Assembly (NCBI GenBank): GCA_964344705.1
Contig: CAYFOG010000002.1
Location: 25,502 to 89,501 of the forward strand
Reading direction: 5' to 3'
DNA: 64,000 nt
Origin: Candidatus Woesearchaeota archaeon
Lineage (GTDB): Archaea; Nanobdellota; Nanobdellia; UBA10117; ARS21
The notes beneath the pieces are model-generated. The model saw only the letters and a list, made by a program, of their open reading frames with translations. It did not search any database and had not been told where the DNA came from. Position numbers and translations under genes: made by a program. Below are positions 8,770 to 18,117 of this stretch, in pieces. Position 1 is the first letter of the stretch; the number at the start of each line of letters is the position of its first letter.

Positions 8770-9099
8770 TTATTCCCAGTTAGAGTTTTTTATTTGATAA
8801 GTGTATTTGGTTAATTGTCCAAATTCAATTAAGCTATCAATTTCCATTAATCTGTCTGTCAACAAATACATTGTTCCGTTCATGTCAACAATCGAGGTTT
8901 CGGCAGGAGTTGTAGCACCAATACCTCGCGACAATGAATATTCGGTTCCACTTTTGATTGCGTTATGTATATTCTCAAGCGAACCTTGCTCTTCAATCGC
9001 TCGGTCAACTAAACAGATAATATCTCCTGTTGATTCTCCTCTTAATTTTGATCGCATTTTGCCAAGCAAATTTTGATCCAGTTTTACTCTTATTGACAT
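8770..9099 (-). CDS. Hypothetical protein (109 aa)
   Basis: ORF divergent from guaB. No motif recognised. Confidence 0.4.
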   Translation of the reverse strand: MSIRVKLDQNLLGKMRSKLRGESTGDIICLVDRAIEEQGSLENIHNAIKSGTEYSLSRGIGATTPAETSIVDMNGTMYLLTDRLMEIDSLIEFGQLTKYTYQIKNSNWE

Positions 9100-9154
9100 T
9101 CTATTCTGCTGTTAGTAAAGACTTATAAGATTTAATAAGAAACAGAATTACGGC

Positions 9155-10564
9155 ATGAAAACCGGAATTACTTTTGATGACGTTCTTCTTGTTCCAAAGA
9201 AGTCTTCAGTCACCTCTCGAAAAAATATTTCTGTTAAAACTCAGCTGACTAAAAACATTGAACTAAACAATCCTCTTGTGAGTTCGAACATGGATACCGT
9301 TACTGAGTCTGAAATGGCGATAGCTATGGCTCGAAATGGAGGAATTGGTATAATCCATAGATTCAATTCTGTTGAAGAACAAGTTAAAATGGTTGAAGAA
9401 GTCAAACGAGCCGAGGGTTTGATTATTCCAAATCCATATTGTGTTAATTTGGATGCTTCGTTAGATGAGATTAAATCTTTGATGAAAGCCAAAAAAGTAC
9501 ATAGTCTTTTGGTCTCGAGGATGGGTAAATTGGAAGGAATTATTACTTCAAGAGACATTAGATTTTATAAAAATGGGAATACTGCGCAGGAGATTATGAC
9601 TGCTCGAGAAAAATTGATTGTTGGAAAACCTGGAATTTCTTTTGAAGATGCAAAAGAATTGCTGGATAAAAATAGGATTGAGAAATTGCCTTTGGTTGAT
9701 TCTGAGAATAATATCAAAGGTTTGATTACTTCCAAAGATATTTTGAATCGAATAAATCGTCCGCATGCTTCGCTTGATTCTCATGGAAGATTGTTGGTCG
9801 GTGCAGCAATAGGCGTTAAAGATTATATGGCTCGAGCTGAAGCATTGGTTGCGGCAGATGTTGATGTTTTAGTTATTGATATTGCCCACGGACATTCTGA
9901 TTTGGCTATTGATGCTTTGAGAAGTTTGAAGGAGAAGTTTGAAGTTGATATCATCGCTGGAAATGTTGCAACTGCTGGAGGAACTGAAGCTTTGATTCGG
10001 GCTGGAGCTGACGGAATTAAGGTTGGAGTTGGTCCGGGTTCAATTTGTATAACTCGGGTTGTTACTGGTTCAGGAGTTCCTCAACTGACGGCAGTTATGA
10101 ATTCTGCTTCTGTTGCCAGAAACTGTAATGTTCCAATTATTGCAGACGGAGGTATTCGGACCTCGGGAGATATAACTAAGGCTTTGGCTGCTGGCGCTTC
10201 AACAGTAATGTTGGGAAGCGTTCTAGCTGGAACTGATGAAAGTCCTGGGGATTTGCTGATTAAAGATGGTCGGCAAGTTAAGATTATTCGAGGAATGGCA
10301 GGTTATGGAGCAAATATGAGCAAAAGAGAGCGAGAAAATGTTCGTTCAGATGTATTTGACATTGTTCCGGAAGGCGTTGAGGGATTTGTTCCTTATAGGG
10401 GTTCAGTTCGAGATATAATCAAGCAGTTGGTTGGCGGACTTCAGTCGGGTATTTCTTACTGCGGATCAACCAATATTCCTGAAATGCAGTCGAATGCTGA
10501 GTTTATTCGAATAACTGGTTCTGGAAAAAAGGAATCGGGAAGCCATGACGTTTCCAAGATTTAG
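9155..10564 (+). CDS. guaB: Inosine-5'-monophosphate dehydrogenase with CBS pair
   Basis: [11 protein letters not shown] at the N-terminus, GGIGIIHRF, and a CBS pair insert. Catalytic loop [24 protein letters not shown] with the active-site Cys. C-terminal GYGAN...VPEGVEG. 469 aa. Confidence 0.9.
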   Translation: MKTGITFDDVLLVPKKSSVTSRKNISVKTQLTKNIELNNPLVSSNMDTVTESEMAIAMARNGGIGIIHRFNSVEEQVKMVEEVKRAEGLIIPNPYCVNLDASLDEIKSLMKAKKVHSLLVSRMGKLEGIITSRDIRFYKNGNTAQEIMTAREKLIVGKPGISFEDAKELLDKNRIEKLPLVDSENNIKGLITSKDILNRINRPHASLDSHGRLLVGAAIGVKDYMARAEALVAADVDVLVIDIAHGHSDLAIDALRSLKEKFEVDIIAGNVATAGGTEALIRAGADGIKVGVGPGSICITRVVTGSGVPQLTAVMNSASVARNCNVPIIADGGIRTSGDITKALAAGASTVMLGSVLAGTDESPGDLLIKDGRQVKIIRGMAGYGANMSKRERENVRSDVFDIVPEGVEGFVPYRGSVRDIIKQLVGGLQSGISYCGSTNIPEMQSNAEFIRITGSGKKESGSHDVSKI

Positions 10565-10598
10565 CAAGGCTTTTAAACCCAAAAAGAAGGGCTGAATT

Positions 10599-11186
10599 AT
10601 GATAAACGTATCTATAAGTTACCAAAAAGCAGGATTTGCAACTCCTAGTGGCGCAGTTATACCTATGCCTGAGAGTTCAAGAGTTTATTCTGCATGTGAT
10701 ATGTTGCCAGATTCTTCAGTTCTTGACGCGGTTGAAAGCTATGCTAATTTGCTTAGACATTCTGATGCTGAAATTCCGTTTTCAGAATTCTTACTGACTC
10801 ACTTGAATAACAATTATTTCTTACATCCTTATCCGCGAGGAATGTTTATTGATGAAAAAGAGCATGTTAAAGAGCTTGTTCGAGAAAATATTCCTGAAGA
10901 TGTTGCGGGACAATATTGGGCAATTAATCGAAATCGAGGAGTTTCTTATGTTCCAGTAAAGGAATTTGAATTATCTAAGGCAAGTAGAATTACTGCTTTG
11001 ATGAGTGAGGCTGAGGATTTGGAAGCTAAATTATCTATTCAAGAAGATTTGGCTGAAATTGAACCAACGCCGCTACATCATCAAGAATATGATGCGATTA
11101 GAGAAGATTTGAAAAATTATTCAGTTGAAGAAGTTATCAGTCGTTGGGGACAAGATTCTGTTGATGAAGTTCTTTATGATGAGTAG
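10599..11186 (+). CDS. Hypothetical protein (195 aa)
   Basis: ORF directly downstream of guaB, same strand. Acidic C-terminal half. Confidence 0.45.
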   Translation: MINVSISYQKAGFATPSGAVIPMPESSRVYSACDMLPDSSVLDAVESYANLLRHSDAEIPFSEFLLTHLNNNYFLHPYPRGMFIDEKEHVKELVRENIPEDVAGQYWAINRNRGVSYVPVKEFELSKASRITALMSEAEDLEAKLSIQEDLAEIEPTPLHHQEYDAIREDLKNYSVEEVISRWGQDSVDEVLYDE

Positions 11187-11220
11187 ATAAATTGAACCTT
11201 TTTATAGTAGTTTCACCAAC

Positions 11221-11258
11221 ATATATATATATATCTGTATGTTACTGTATGTTACTGT
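11221..11258. repeat. (AT)7 microsatellite followed by a 10-nt tandem duplication CTGTATGTTA x2 plus a partial third copy
   Basis: atatatatatatat ctgtatgtta ctgtatgtta ctgtgc is read directly from the sequence. Confidence 0.6.
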
Positions 11259-11431
11259 GCGCAATAGACAACTAATTGAAATTATTTTGATAGTTTTGTT
11301 AATTGCGTCGCTGAAACTCAGAAAAGAACAGTGTGGAATGATTCTTGGAAATAAAGGATACTGTAAGAAACACAAAAAGCATCATTTACTGTTTGGAAAG
11401 CACTAGGTTGGGCAATACTGCTTGATTATAG

Positions 11432-11707
11432 TCATAAATCCAACTCAGTAAGTGCTTTTTGATGATCTTCCAGAGATACTTTTAATAAATCTCTGGCAAG
11501 ACTCATTAAATCACCTTCATCATCAGTTATTCTTTTATCAAGATAAGCTGCCTTTAGAACTGCTAAATAGACATCATAAGCTTCTTCTTTTCCTAAGAAT
11601 TTTACAGCATTGATTATGTTCATTTCATCTTCGCTCAGAGTTTTGTCATTTCTAAGCGCTTGAACTTCCAATATTGTAATAAATGCATCGACATCTATTT
11701 TTGCCAT
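11432..11707 (-). CDS. Hypothetical small protein (91 aa), acidic and helical
   Basis: ORF. No motif recognised. Confidence 0.35.
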   Translation of the reverse strand: MAKIDVDAFITILEVQALRNDKTLSEDEMNIINAVKFLGKEEAYDVYLAVLKAAYLDKRITDDEGDLMSLARDLLKVSLEDHQKALTELDL

Positions 11708-11805
11708 ATTGAAGCAAGTGCTCTAAACCTTAAAAATATGCTTATTTGACGTAATTAGAATCTGATACTAAAATGCTCGTGTCCTGTTCTTGCGCGATTT
11801 ACACT

Positions 11806-12018
11806 TCATCTTCTTCGTCTCCGCTTTGGTTTGAATATATTACTTATCCTGTCAAAGATTGTTAGAGGTATTGCGCGACCGTAATATAGAATAAATGCCA
11901 GAGCGAGTAATACTGCTGCGAAAATTAATATTACGCTGAACAAAGTTAGTCCAAGAATTAGAGCAATAATTCCAAAAATAAATCCACCGATTGCTCCGAG
12001 TCCGATTACTTTTTTCAT
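11806..12018 (-). CDS. Small membrane protein (70 aa) with two TM helices and a C-terminal RRRRR tail
   Basis: GLGAIGGFIFGIIALILGLTLFSVILIFAAVLLALAFILYY. Start overlaps the stop of the upstream zinc-ribbon ORF (ATGA). Confidence 0.4.
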   Translation of the reverse strand: MKKVIGLGAIGGFIFGIIALILGLTLFSVILIFAAVLLALAFILYYGRAIPLTIFDRISNIFKPKRRRRR

Positions 12019-12206
12019 TACGCTTTCTCATTAGTAAATGTATGTTTCTTTAAGTGAGTATTGTAGCATCTCTCGCAAAATGAATGGATTGGTAATCTCT
12101 TTGATTTACAATATTCACAAGTCATAATTGCTTCATGAAAAGTACATTTCTGACATCTTGCCATATTTTTTATAGTTTTTATTAAATAAAACTCTTGCCT
12201 AAACAA
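12018..12206 (-). CDS. Small Cys/His-rich zinc-ribbon-like protein (62 aa)
   Basis: CQKCTFHEAIMTCEYCKSKRLPIHSFCERCYNTH contains paired CxxC motifs. Translationally coupled to the small membrane protein. Confidence 0.45.
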   Translation of the reverse strand: MFRQEFYLIKTIKNMARCQKCTFHEAIMTCEYCKSKRLPIHSFCERCYNTHLKKHTFTNEKA

Positions 12207-12207
12207 A

Positions 12208-12618
12208 ATGTTAAATATAATCCTTTGCTCAATTTATGTGTCGACAGTTATTATTGAAGGTGAAGCTCCCGGAACGATTAGAGCCTTTGTTAGAGAAAGT
12301 GAATCCACTTGGGAATCGGATAAATACTGGTGGAGTAATCCCAAAATTATTGGACTTGAACGTCATTTGAACGGCCGAAGACAAGTTGTTGAACATCCAG
12401 CACGACAGCAAACCGTTACTAACTTTACAAATAAATATATTGGCAATTTAGAACAAAGTTTGTTTGGTGAAGATGTTCAGCTTAAAGTATTTGAAGAATA
12501 TCCAAATACATTTCTGGAAGTTGAATTTGAAGATACGTTTTATCATTCGCAGATATTTGAAGATACCAATTTAGTTGATTTGTATAATGAAATAAAAGAA
12601 TATCACTTCAGTGAATAA
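12208..12618 (+). CDS. Hypothetical protein (136 aa)
   Basis: ORF divergent from the zinc-ribbon gene with only a 1-nt gap. Its 3' end overlaps the convergent 12608 gene by 11 nt. Confidence 0.4.
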   Translation: MLNIILCSIYVSTVIIEGEAPGTIRAFVRESESTWESDKYWWSNPKIIGLERHLNGRRQVVEHPARQQTVTNFTNKYIGNLEQSLFGEDVQLKVFEEYPNTFLEVEFEDTFYHSQIFEDTNLVDLYNEIKEYHFSE

Positions 12619-13282
12619 GTTCTGGAATTATTTTTGGAAAACGTGGATCAATCGCCCGTGCGAGTTTAATTGAATCTGATTGTTGTGCTCTTGCAGTCAT
12701 TCTCGCTAAAGCATATTTTGGCTCTGCTGTTTCCTTGAATACATATGAGAAGAATTCATTTGACAGTTCGCTAATGTTTTGTAAGTCTTTTGCGATTGTA
12801 ACTGTTGGCAAAATTTTATTCAATCCGTTTGCTGCATCCAAAGCCCATTGCTTGTGTCTTTCTTGTCCGCTTGGAAATTCTTCAGTTGCAAAGTAACATA
12901 AAATATTTGCTTGAAGCGCTGAAGAGTATGCTTGAAATCTTATATCATTATTTTCTAATCGTTGAGCTCGATTTCTTATGAAAAAGAAGTCTTGAGACTC
13001 TGCTTCTTTTATGCTGATCTCATCATCTGGTAAATATGCCAATGCTTTGTCAGTAAGAACTGCTGCATCAATAAAATATTCGAGAGCTTGCTCCTCTGAA
13101 ATTGCGACTTCTTGACCGAAAGCAACTTTTGCTCTTGCGAGACTTACAGTTGCGCCAACATTAAATGGATCTTCAAATACGCAATCTTCAAGTTTGTTCA
13201 TAATCAAATCCAGCTCGCTTCCGTCAATTTCTTCTGCTCGGAGAATATTATTTAATGTATAACGCGTTTTATTGAAATCCAT
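12608..13282 (-). CDS. Hypothetical protein (224 aa), alpha-helical
   Basis: Clean ORF. No motif recognised. Confidence 0.5.
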   Translation of the reverse strand: MDFNKTRYTLNNILRAEEIDGSELDLIMNKLEDCVFEDPFNVGATVSLARAKVAFGQEVAISEEQALEYFIDAAVLTDKALAYLPDDEISIKEAESQDFFFIRNRAQRLENNDIRFQAYSSALQANILCYFATEEFPSGQERHKQWALDAANGLNKILPTVTIAKDLQNISELSNEFFSYVFKETAEPKYALARMTARAQQSDSIKLARAIDPRFPKIIPELIH

Positions 13283-13329
13283 CGCAGAAAACTCTACCGA
13301 AACAAACTTTTATTTGTTTCTAAAACGCA

Positions 13330-13458
13330 TTATGGCGTTGGAGCCGTCTTTCCACAGTTATGAGTTCTAGTATGTGTTGCACAGAGCGATTGACCGCATA
13401 GGTTACAAATTTGAACGCAAGGGCCACCACAAGATGAACAAAGACCTTTTACTTTCAT
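13330..13458 (-). CDS. Candidate 42-aa Cys-rich mini-protein (7 Cys); not in the ORF track because it is under 60 aa
   Basis: Minus-strand ATG at 13458 to TAA at 13330 translates to MKVKGLCSSCGGPCVQICNLCGQSLCATHTRTHNCGKTAPTP, a metal-binding-like Cys spacing. Could equally be a chance ORF. Confidence 0.25.
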   Translation of the reverse strand: MKVKGLCSSCGGPCVQICNLCGQSLCATHTRTHNCGKTAPTP

Positions 13459-13489
13459 GTATTTATAGCGCGATTAAAAGATAAAACAC

Positions 13490-13726
13490 TTACTTTCTAC
13501 CTAAATAGAATCCTGCTATGTTTATAGCTATGTCAGCTAATCGATTAATCATATTTTCCACAAAGAATTCTGAACTGAAAAACATGCTGGAAATCCATTC
13601 AAAAACTTCCCAACCGATGGATAATATGAAAAACCATTTCCAAGTTAGTTTTGTTTGCTTTGCAATAATATACCAGATTAGAAAGTGTACTGGACTGTAC
13701 GCTGTAAAGGGACCTAACTCTGCCAT
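13490..13726 (-). CDS. Small hydrophobic protein (about 78 aa from MAELGPF...)
   Basis: The ORF track starts at 13759, which would overlap the tRNA-Tyr 3' end. The internal Met at 13726 avoids the overlap. Trp/Phe-rich TM segments. Confidence 0.3.
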   Translation of the reverse strand: MAELGPFTAYSPVHFLIWYIIAKQTKLTWKWFFILSIGWEVFEWISSMFFSSEFFVENMINRLADIAINIAGFYLGRK

Positions 13727-13732
13727 AGTAAA

Positions 13733-13835
13733 TCCCTCCGGCCGGAATTGAACCAGCAACCTTCCGATATCTGCTGGGACTGAATCCCAGTAACCAACTA
13801 CAGTCGGACGCTCTACCAGATTGAGCTACAGAGGG
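13733..13835 (-). tRNA. tRNA-Tyr (anticodon GTA) with a ~29-nt canonical intron after position 37
   Basis: Minus strand CCCTCTG-TA-GCTC-AATCTGGTA-GAGC-G-TCCGA-CTGTAG[TTGGTTACTGGGATTCAGTCCCAGCAGAT]A-TCGGA-AGGTT-GCTGG-TTCAATT-CCGGC-CGGAGGG-A. The intron holds the hairpin CTGGGATTCAGTCCCAG. Confidence 0.7.
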
Positions 13836-13869
13836 GTAGTGTTATTCATATTGTTTAGTTTAAAAAGTT

Positions 13870-14949
13870 TTACTTCCCGATAATTTTTACATTTCCGGAG
13901 AAGACTTTATTGTTACCTTGAGTTAATTTTGCTTGAGGTAATTGAAGATTTCCAACAACGTGCATTGAGGACTTTACTTGATATGTTAGAATCATTTCTT
14001 CTTTTGGTGCCAGTGTGTCAAATTTCCAAGATAATTTTGTTCCATTCTTTGTGTTAACTAGAGAGTTTGGAATAACTGTTCCAAAATCCCTTACTAGTTT
14101 CAGAGGTTTTGGAATCATATCTTCGACTTTGACGTTCTTCATTTCGGTGTTTGTTCTGTTTTTAATCGAGACATTGACCATAATTGTATCTGCGCCTTGC
14201 CGAAGTTCTTTGACTACCGAAAATCTGTTCAAATAGTTTGTAATGAATAAGAATACTGCAAGAAGCAATAATATTCCTCCAATCAAAACTGGATAATATG
14301 AAACCGAATATGCGATAGTTATAGTTTCGCCAGGTTCTAAATCAATTGGCCAAGAAACTTTGGTTTCATCACCATATGCTTCTGAGGAATATTCTAGATT
14401 TGAATTTAGCAAAGCAATGTCAAATGAGGAGAATATATCTGTCCACTCATCTGAATAAAGTGTATTTCCAGTGTTTGTGATTTCAAAGGAATAGCTCTTT
14501 CCAAATAAACCTTCTTTAACATCTTCAGTTACAGAAATTTCTCGAATCATACGCGTGTCTTCATGAACTTCAGTTATGGTGACATGAACGTAATCATGAT
14601 TTGTCACGTCAGGATTTGTTGTTGAAGCAACTTTGAGATAAACTGCGTATTTTCCTTCATTAATTGTAACTGGTGGAGCAAGTCTTACTGAGATTTCTCT
14701 CTGTCCCTTTGCTGGAACTTCAACAAAGTGATCTGAGAAAGTTACGTCCCACTTTGACTGCGGTGCGCTCAATCTTAAAGTATCTCGATGATTTTGATTG
14801 TTCATCAAAGTTATTTTGAATGTTGCTGCTTCGTTTGATGAAATTTCTGAGTCAATAGATTCTGCATCCATCAAAATTGGTGAAAGAGCAAATGAGCTTG
14901 TAAGTGTTACTAAAAGTAATGTAACTAACAATAATCCCTTACGCGCCAC
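13870..14949 (-). CDS. Predicted secreted/membrane-anchored protein (359 aa) with a beta-rich extracellular domain
   Basis: N-terminal signal peptide MARKGLLLVTLLLVTLTSSFALS. Internal TM LIGGILLLLAVFLFITNYL. Ser/Thr/Asn-rich, strand-like segments on both sides. Confidence 0.55.
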   Translation of the reverse strand: MARKGLLLVTLLLVTLTSSFALSPILMDAESIDSEISSNEAATFKITLMNNQNHRDTLRLSAPQSKWDVTFSDHFVEVPAKGQREISVRLAPPVTINEGKYAVYLKVASTTNPDVTNHDYVHVTITEVHEDTRMIREISVTEDVKEGLFGKSYSFEITNTGNTLYSDEWTDIFSSFDIALLNSNLEYSSEAYGDETKVSWPIDLEPGETITIAYSVSYYPVLIGGILLLLAVFLFITNYLNRFSVVKELRQGADTIMVNVSIKNRTNTEMKNVKVEDMIPKPLKLVRDFGTVIPNSLVNTKNGTKLSWKFDTLAPKEEMILTYQVKSSMHVVGNLQLPQAKLTQGNNKVFSGNVKIIGK

Positions 14950-15040
14950 GCTTTTTTTACGTTGCTATCTAATATAAAGATTTCCCAGAGTAAGCTGAAA
15001 TGTTTTTCAGCAGACTGACGGAATTCTCATTATTATATTA

Positions 15041-15970
15041 GTGATGCGTTGTAATCTCATGGACTTAGTGATACCAAGCTGGCTATCTGCACTCCGAGGA
15101 ATAGGTGTAGTTTGCAACATTTACAATATTGCAAAAGCTAGCGACGATGTTATTGAGGAGCTAGAGGATAAAATGAAATTGAACTGGGGCGATAGACGCA
15201 GAGCAAAGAAATTGATAAAAAGGCACTATAAAGGCCGTAAAGCAGAAGTGAGATCTGAGCGGAAAGACGTTATTGGGATGATGAAGCTCGGAGATTCGAC
15301 TTGGAAAGACTTTATGTACAGAAATGAACCAAGCAGTTTTGCAGTTGGAGATCCTAACTTGAATGAGCCTGTTTATTCTGGACTTGATAGGGTTATCTCC
15401 GATGAACCTGATAGATCTGAATTGATTCATGAAACTGCCAGAGGTATTCAAGAAATGAGAATTCGGATTGAAAGACATAACAAACTTTTGACAAAATGTG
15501 AAAATGAGATTGGAGAATACATCGGATCCAATGAGCGAGTTGTAAAACGATATATTGCAGAGAAAGTTAAAATTGAGAAATCAAGAGAAGACCATGAACT
15601 GCACTTAGTCACTTTAGCTATGTGTCTTGGAAGAATGCAAATTGAAGGACATGACAGAGAAAGATTTGACTTAACTCCAGTATATAACAATGCGACAAAA
15701 GTTTTGAAATCGATGGGAGTATTGCTAGACTACAGCGCACATAGAAATGCGTTGGGTGCATTGAATGAACATGAAGCTAGTTTAGAAATTGAACGAGAAA
15801 TTGACAAAACAACGATGGATGCAAGTATGTATGACTCTGATGTTGAGGATATATATGACCAATATTTGACTGAACATCGTGCAAAAGACACAGCAAAAGC
15901 ATCGGCAATAAAAAAGAACTCAGATTTAGAAAATCTGGTAAGCCAAGCAAAAGCACAAGCAGGAGTATAA
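15041..15970 (+). CDS. Coiled-coil protein, possibly ESCRT-III/Snf7-like (CdvB-like); start uncertain, alternatives at 15059 and 15173
   Basis: Helical heptad pattern IQEMRIRIERHNKLLTKCENEI ... VKRYIAEKVKIEKSREDHELHLVTLAMCLGRMQIEGHDRE ... ATKVLKSMG ... LNEHEASLEIEREIDKT, with an acidic C-terminus. This resembles the Snf7 alpha1-alpha5 layout. Immediately upstream of a Vps4-like AAA ATPase. Confidence 0.4.
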   Translation: MMRCNLMDLVIPSWLSALRGIGVVCNIYNIAKASDDVIEELEDKMKLNWGDRRRAKKLIKRHYKGRKAEVRSERKDVIGMMKLGDSTWKDFMYRNEPSSFAVGDPNLNEPVYSGLDRVISDEPDRSELIHETARGIQEMRIRIERHNKLLTKCENEIGEYIGSNERVVKRYIAEKVKIEKSREDHELHLVTLAMCLGRMQIEGHDRERFDLTPVYNNATKVLKSMGVLLDYSAHRNALGALNEHEASLEIEREIDKTTMDASMYDSDVEDIYDQYLTEHRAKDTAKASAIKKNSDLENLVSQAKAQAGV

Positions 15971-17143
15971 ATGGCTAGTCCCTATTTATCCTCTCTTCAA
16001 TCAGCAAGAAAGCATATGGAATCGGGAGATTCCATTGCTGCTGCTGAATCTTACTTGATTGCATATGAGTTGAAACTTAAATCAGGTGATATTGATGATC
16101 TGGAATTTATTGAAAAACAAATAAGAACATTAGTTCCAGAATTGCCTGTCCCGGCTGTTGAAACTCCTGTGACTCCTTCTAAAAAAACTAGAAGGGGCTC
16201 AGGAATTTCTGATGTCGATTATGCTTCTGAGTTTATTCCTGAAGAACATGACGGTGATTTTTCTCGAGTTGCAGGAATGGATGATTTGAAAGCTAAGTTG
16301 ACTGAAAATGTTATTTGGCCTCTGATTTATCCTGATGTAATGGGAGAGTTGGCAGGGCTTGAGAGTAATAGTGTTTTGCTTTATGGGCCTCCAGGTTGTG
16401 GAAAGACATTCATCGCAAAGAGTTTAGCGGGCGAGGCTCAAAATAAGAGCGGACGGGATGTTAATTTCTACGTCGCAGGTGGAGCAAATCTTGAACACAG
16501 ATATGTTGGAGATAACTCTAGATTAATTAATGCCTTCTTTGAAACTTTGAACCACAATGAACCGAGTATTGGTTTTATTGATGAGATTGAAGGGTTGGCT
16601 GGGAAGAGAACAAATTCTGGACAAATTGCTCGGAAAGTTGTCAATTCTCTTTTAGAGGGTTGGAATGTTCTAGATGGAACTCAAGCAATGGTTATTGCTG
16701 CAAGTAATTTGCCTTGGGAAATTGATGCTGCAATTGTCAGAAGTGGAAGATTAGAGGAAAAGATATTTGTTCCTGCTCCCGACTTTGAATCACGAAAGGC
16801 TACGTTTGATTTGTATTCCAATTTGAAAGATGATGAAATTTCTACTTTGGCTGGAATGACTGAGGGGTATTCTTCAAGCGCAATTCGTAAAATCTGCGTT
16901 CGAGGAGGAAGAAATGCAGCCAGAGAATATTTGAACGGAGACAGAAAACAAAAAGTTGTATTGCTTGATGACGTGATTCGGGCAGTTTCAGAAATACCAA
17001 GTGACTTGAAAGTTTGGGCAGACCAAACTGTTGATGCAATGCTTGCGGGTGTTGGCGAAGGAATTAGACTGAGAAAAAGTGTTAGTGAAGAATATTTGCC
17101 AATGCTTGAAGAGGCTTTAAGAATTCGAGAGGTGTTGTCATGA
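15971..17143 (+). CDS. AAA+ ATPase, probably the Vps4/CdvC-like (meiotic clade) cell-division ATPase
   Basis: Walker A LLYGPPGCGKT. Walker B IGFIDEIE. Second region of homology VIAASNLPWEIDAAIVRSGRLEEKIFVPAPD. About 130-aa helical N-terminal region that could be MIT-like. Start ATG overlaps the upstream stop (TAAATGG). Confidence 0.65.
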   Translation: MASPYLSSLQSARKHMESGDSIAAAESYLIAYELKLKSGDIDDLEFIEKQIRTLVPELPVPAVETPVTPSKKTRRGSGISDVDYASEFIPEEHDGDFSRVAGMDDLKAKLTENVIWPLIYPDVMGELAGLESNSVLLYGPPGCGKTFIAKSLAGEAQNKSGRDVNFYVAGGANLEHRYVGDNSRLINAFFETLNHNEPSIGFIDEIEGLAGKRTNSGQIARKVVNSLLEGWNVLDGTQAMVIAASNLPWEIDAAIVRSGRLEEKIFVPAPDFESRKATFDLYSNLKDDEISTLAGMTEGYSSSAIRKICVRGGRNAAREYLNGDRKQKVVLLDDVIRAVSEIPSDLKVWADQTVDAMLAGVGEGIRLRKSVSEEYLPMLEEALRIREVLS

Positions 17144-17261
17144 AGATATTCTTTAATGGAGATATAAACTTGGATGAAGAAGATTGGAGTAAAATATATA
17201 CTCGAATTCAGGCTTTTTTTGATAAGCAAAAAATTGGTGAGATTTATTTTGAAGTTGAACC

Positions 17262-18083
17262 TTAAATTACTTTTCTAACTTTAAATTTAGCACCAGTAAT
17301 TTCTTCTGGTTCCGAGAAAACTTCAACTACTGAGTATCTCCCGTCTAATATTGCACCGGCATTCAGATTTAATCTATCATGTTTGTAGTTTTGTTCAAGA
17401 AGCGTTTCACCCTTTCTTAGATCAACAGCTCTTCCGCCAGCTTCGTGAATATGACCATTTATACTTACTCGAATATCTTCGTCAAAAATCTTTGATTTTA
17501 TTGATTTGTGTCCGCAATTACTCGGAATTGGAACTAAGCCCTTGCCCTTAATGAAAGTGTAATCTGATTTGTCAATTCCGTGTTCAGTTTCACATTTTGG
17601 AGGGTCGTGAGTAAATAGCACGCGTCTTGAGCCAGGAATTAAATCGTCAAAAGTGTAATTTGTTGGAAAGGATCCAGATAGTTGAGGATTGTTGTTATGA
17701 TTGGATTGGACTCCTGACCCTGCGTATAATTCTAGTTCTATATCTTCTAATTTGTAAATATGTTGTTTGTTTGTTTCAAGTAATGTCTTGAAATTATCAT
17801 ATTTTGATGCCACTGCCTGAGATAATTCATTGAAGAACGGAGGTTCATGGCTTCCCGGAATACATAATGTAGGAATATTAAGTTCAGCAATTTTTACAAG
17901 TGTATGGAAATTTATCTTTAACAAATCTTCCATACTGCCAATATCATATGGTGAATAATCACCAGTCAAAACTATGGTATCAATATTATCTTTCTCATTT
18001 GATAGCTCAGTGATGGCGCTTTCTAGATTAGTAAGATGTCCGTGGATATCACTTAATATTGCAATATTCTTTGCTGTTTCCAT
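17262..18083 (-). CDS. Metallophosphoesterase (calcineurin-like phosphoesterase)
   Basis: Start moved to the internal Met at 18083 (METAKNIAILSDIHGH) to avoid overlap with the L37e gene. Motifs DIHG, GDY, GSHEPP (GNHE-like), HDPP and GHIHE match the MPP family. Confidence 0.7.
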   Translation of the reverse strand: METAKNIAILSDIHGHLTNLESAITELSNEKDNIDTIVLTGDYSPYDIGSMEDLLKINFHTLVKIAELNIPTLCIPGSHEPPFFNELSQAVASKYDNFKTLLETNKQHIYKLEDIELELYAGSGVQSNHNNNPQLSGSFPTNYTFDDLIPGSRRVLFTHDPPKCETEHGIDKSDYTFIKGKGLVPIPSNCGHKSIKSKIFDEDIRVSINGHIHEAGGRAVDLRKGETLLEQNYKHDRLNLNAGAILDGRYSVVEVFSEPEEITGAKFKVRKVI

Positions 18084-18117
18084 AATTTTGACTAATTTAA
18101 GTGTATTAAAAGTGCTT

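Noticed and set aside
13518-13751. 77-aa plus-strand ORF
   Set aside because: It overlaps tRNA-Tyr and is antisense to a hydrophobic ORF. No supporting motif.
16681-17229. 182-aa minus-strand ORF
   Set aside because: Antisense within the well-supported AAA ATPase gene; low-complexity Ser/Ile-rich translation typical of shadow ORFs.
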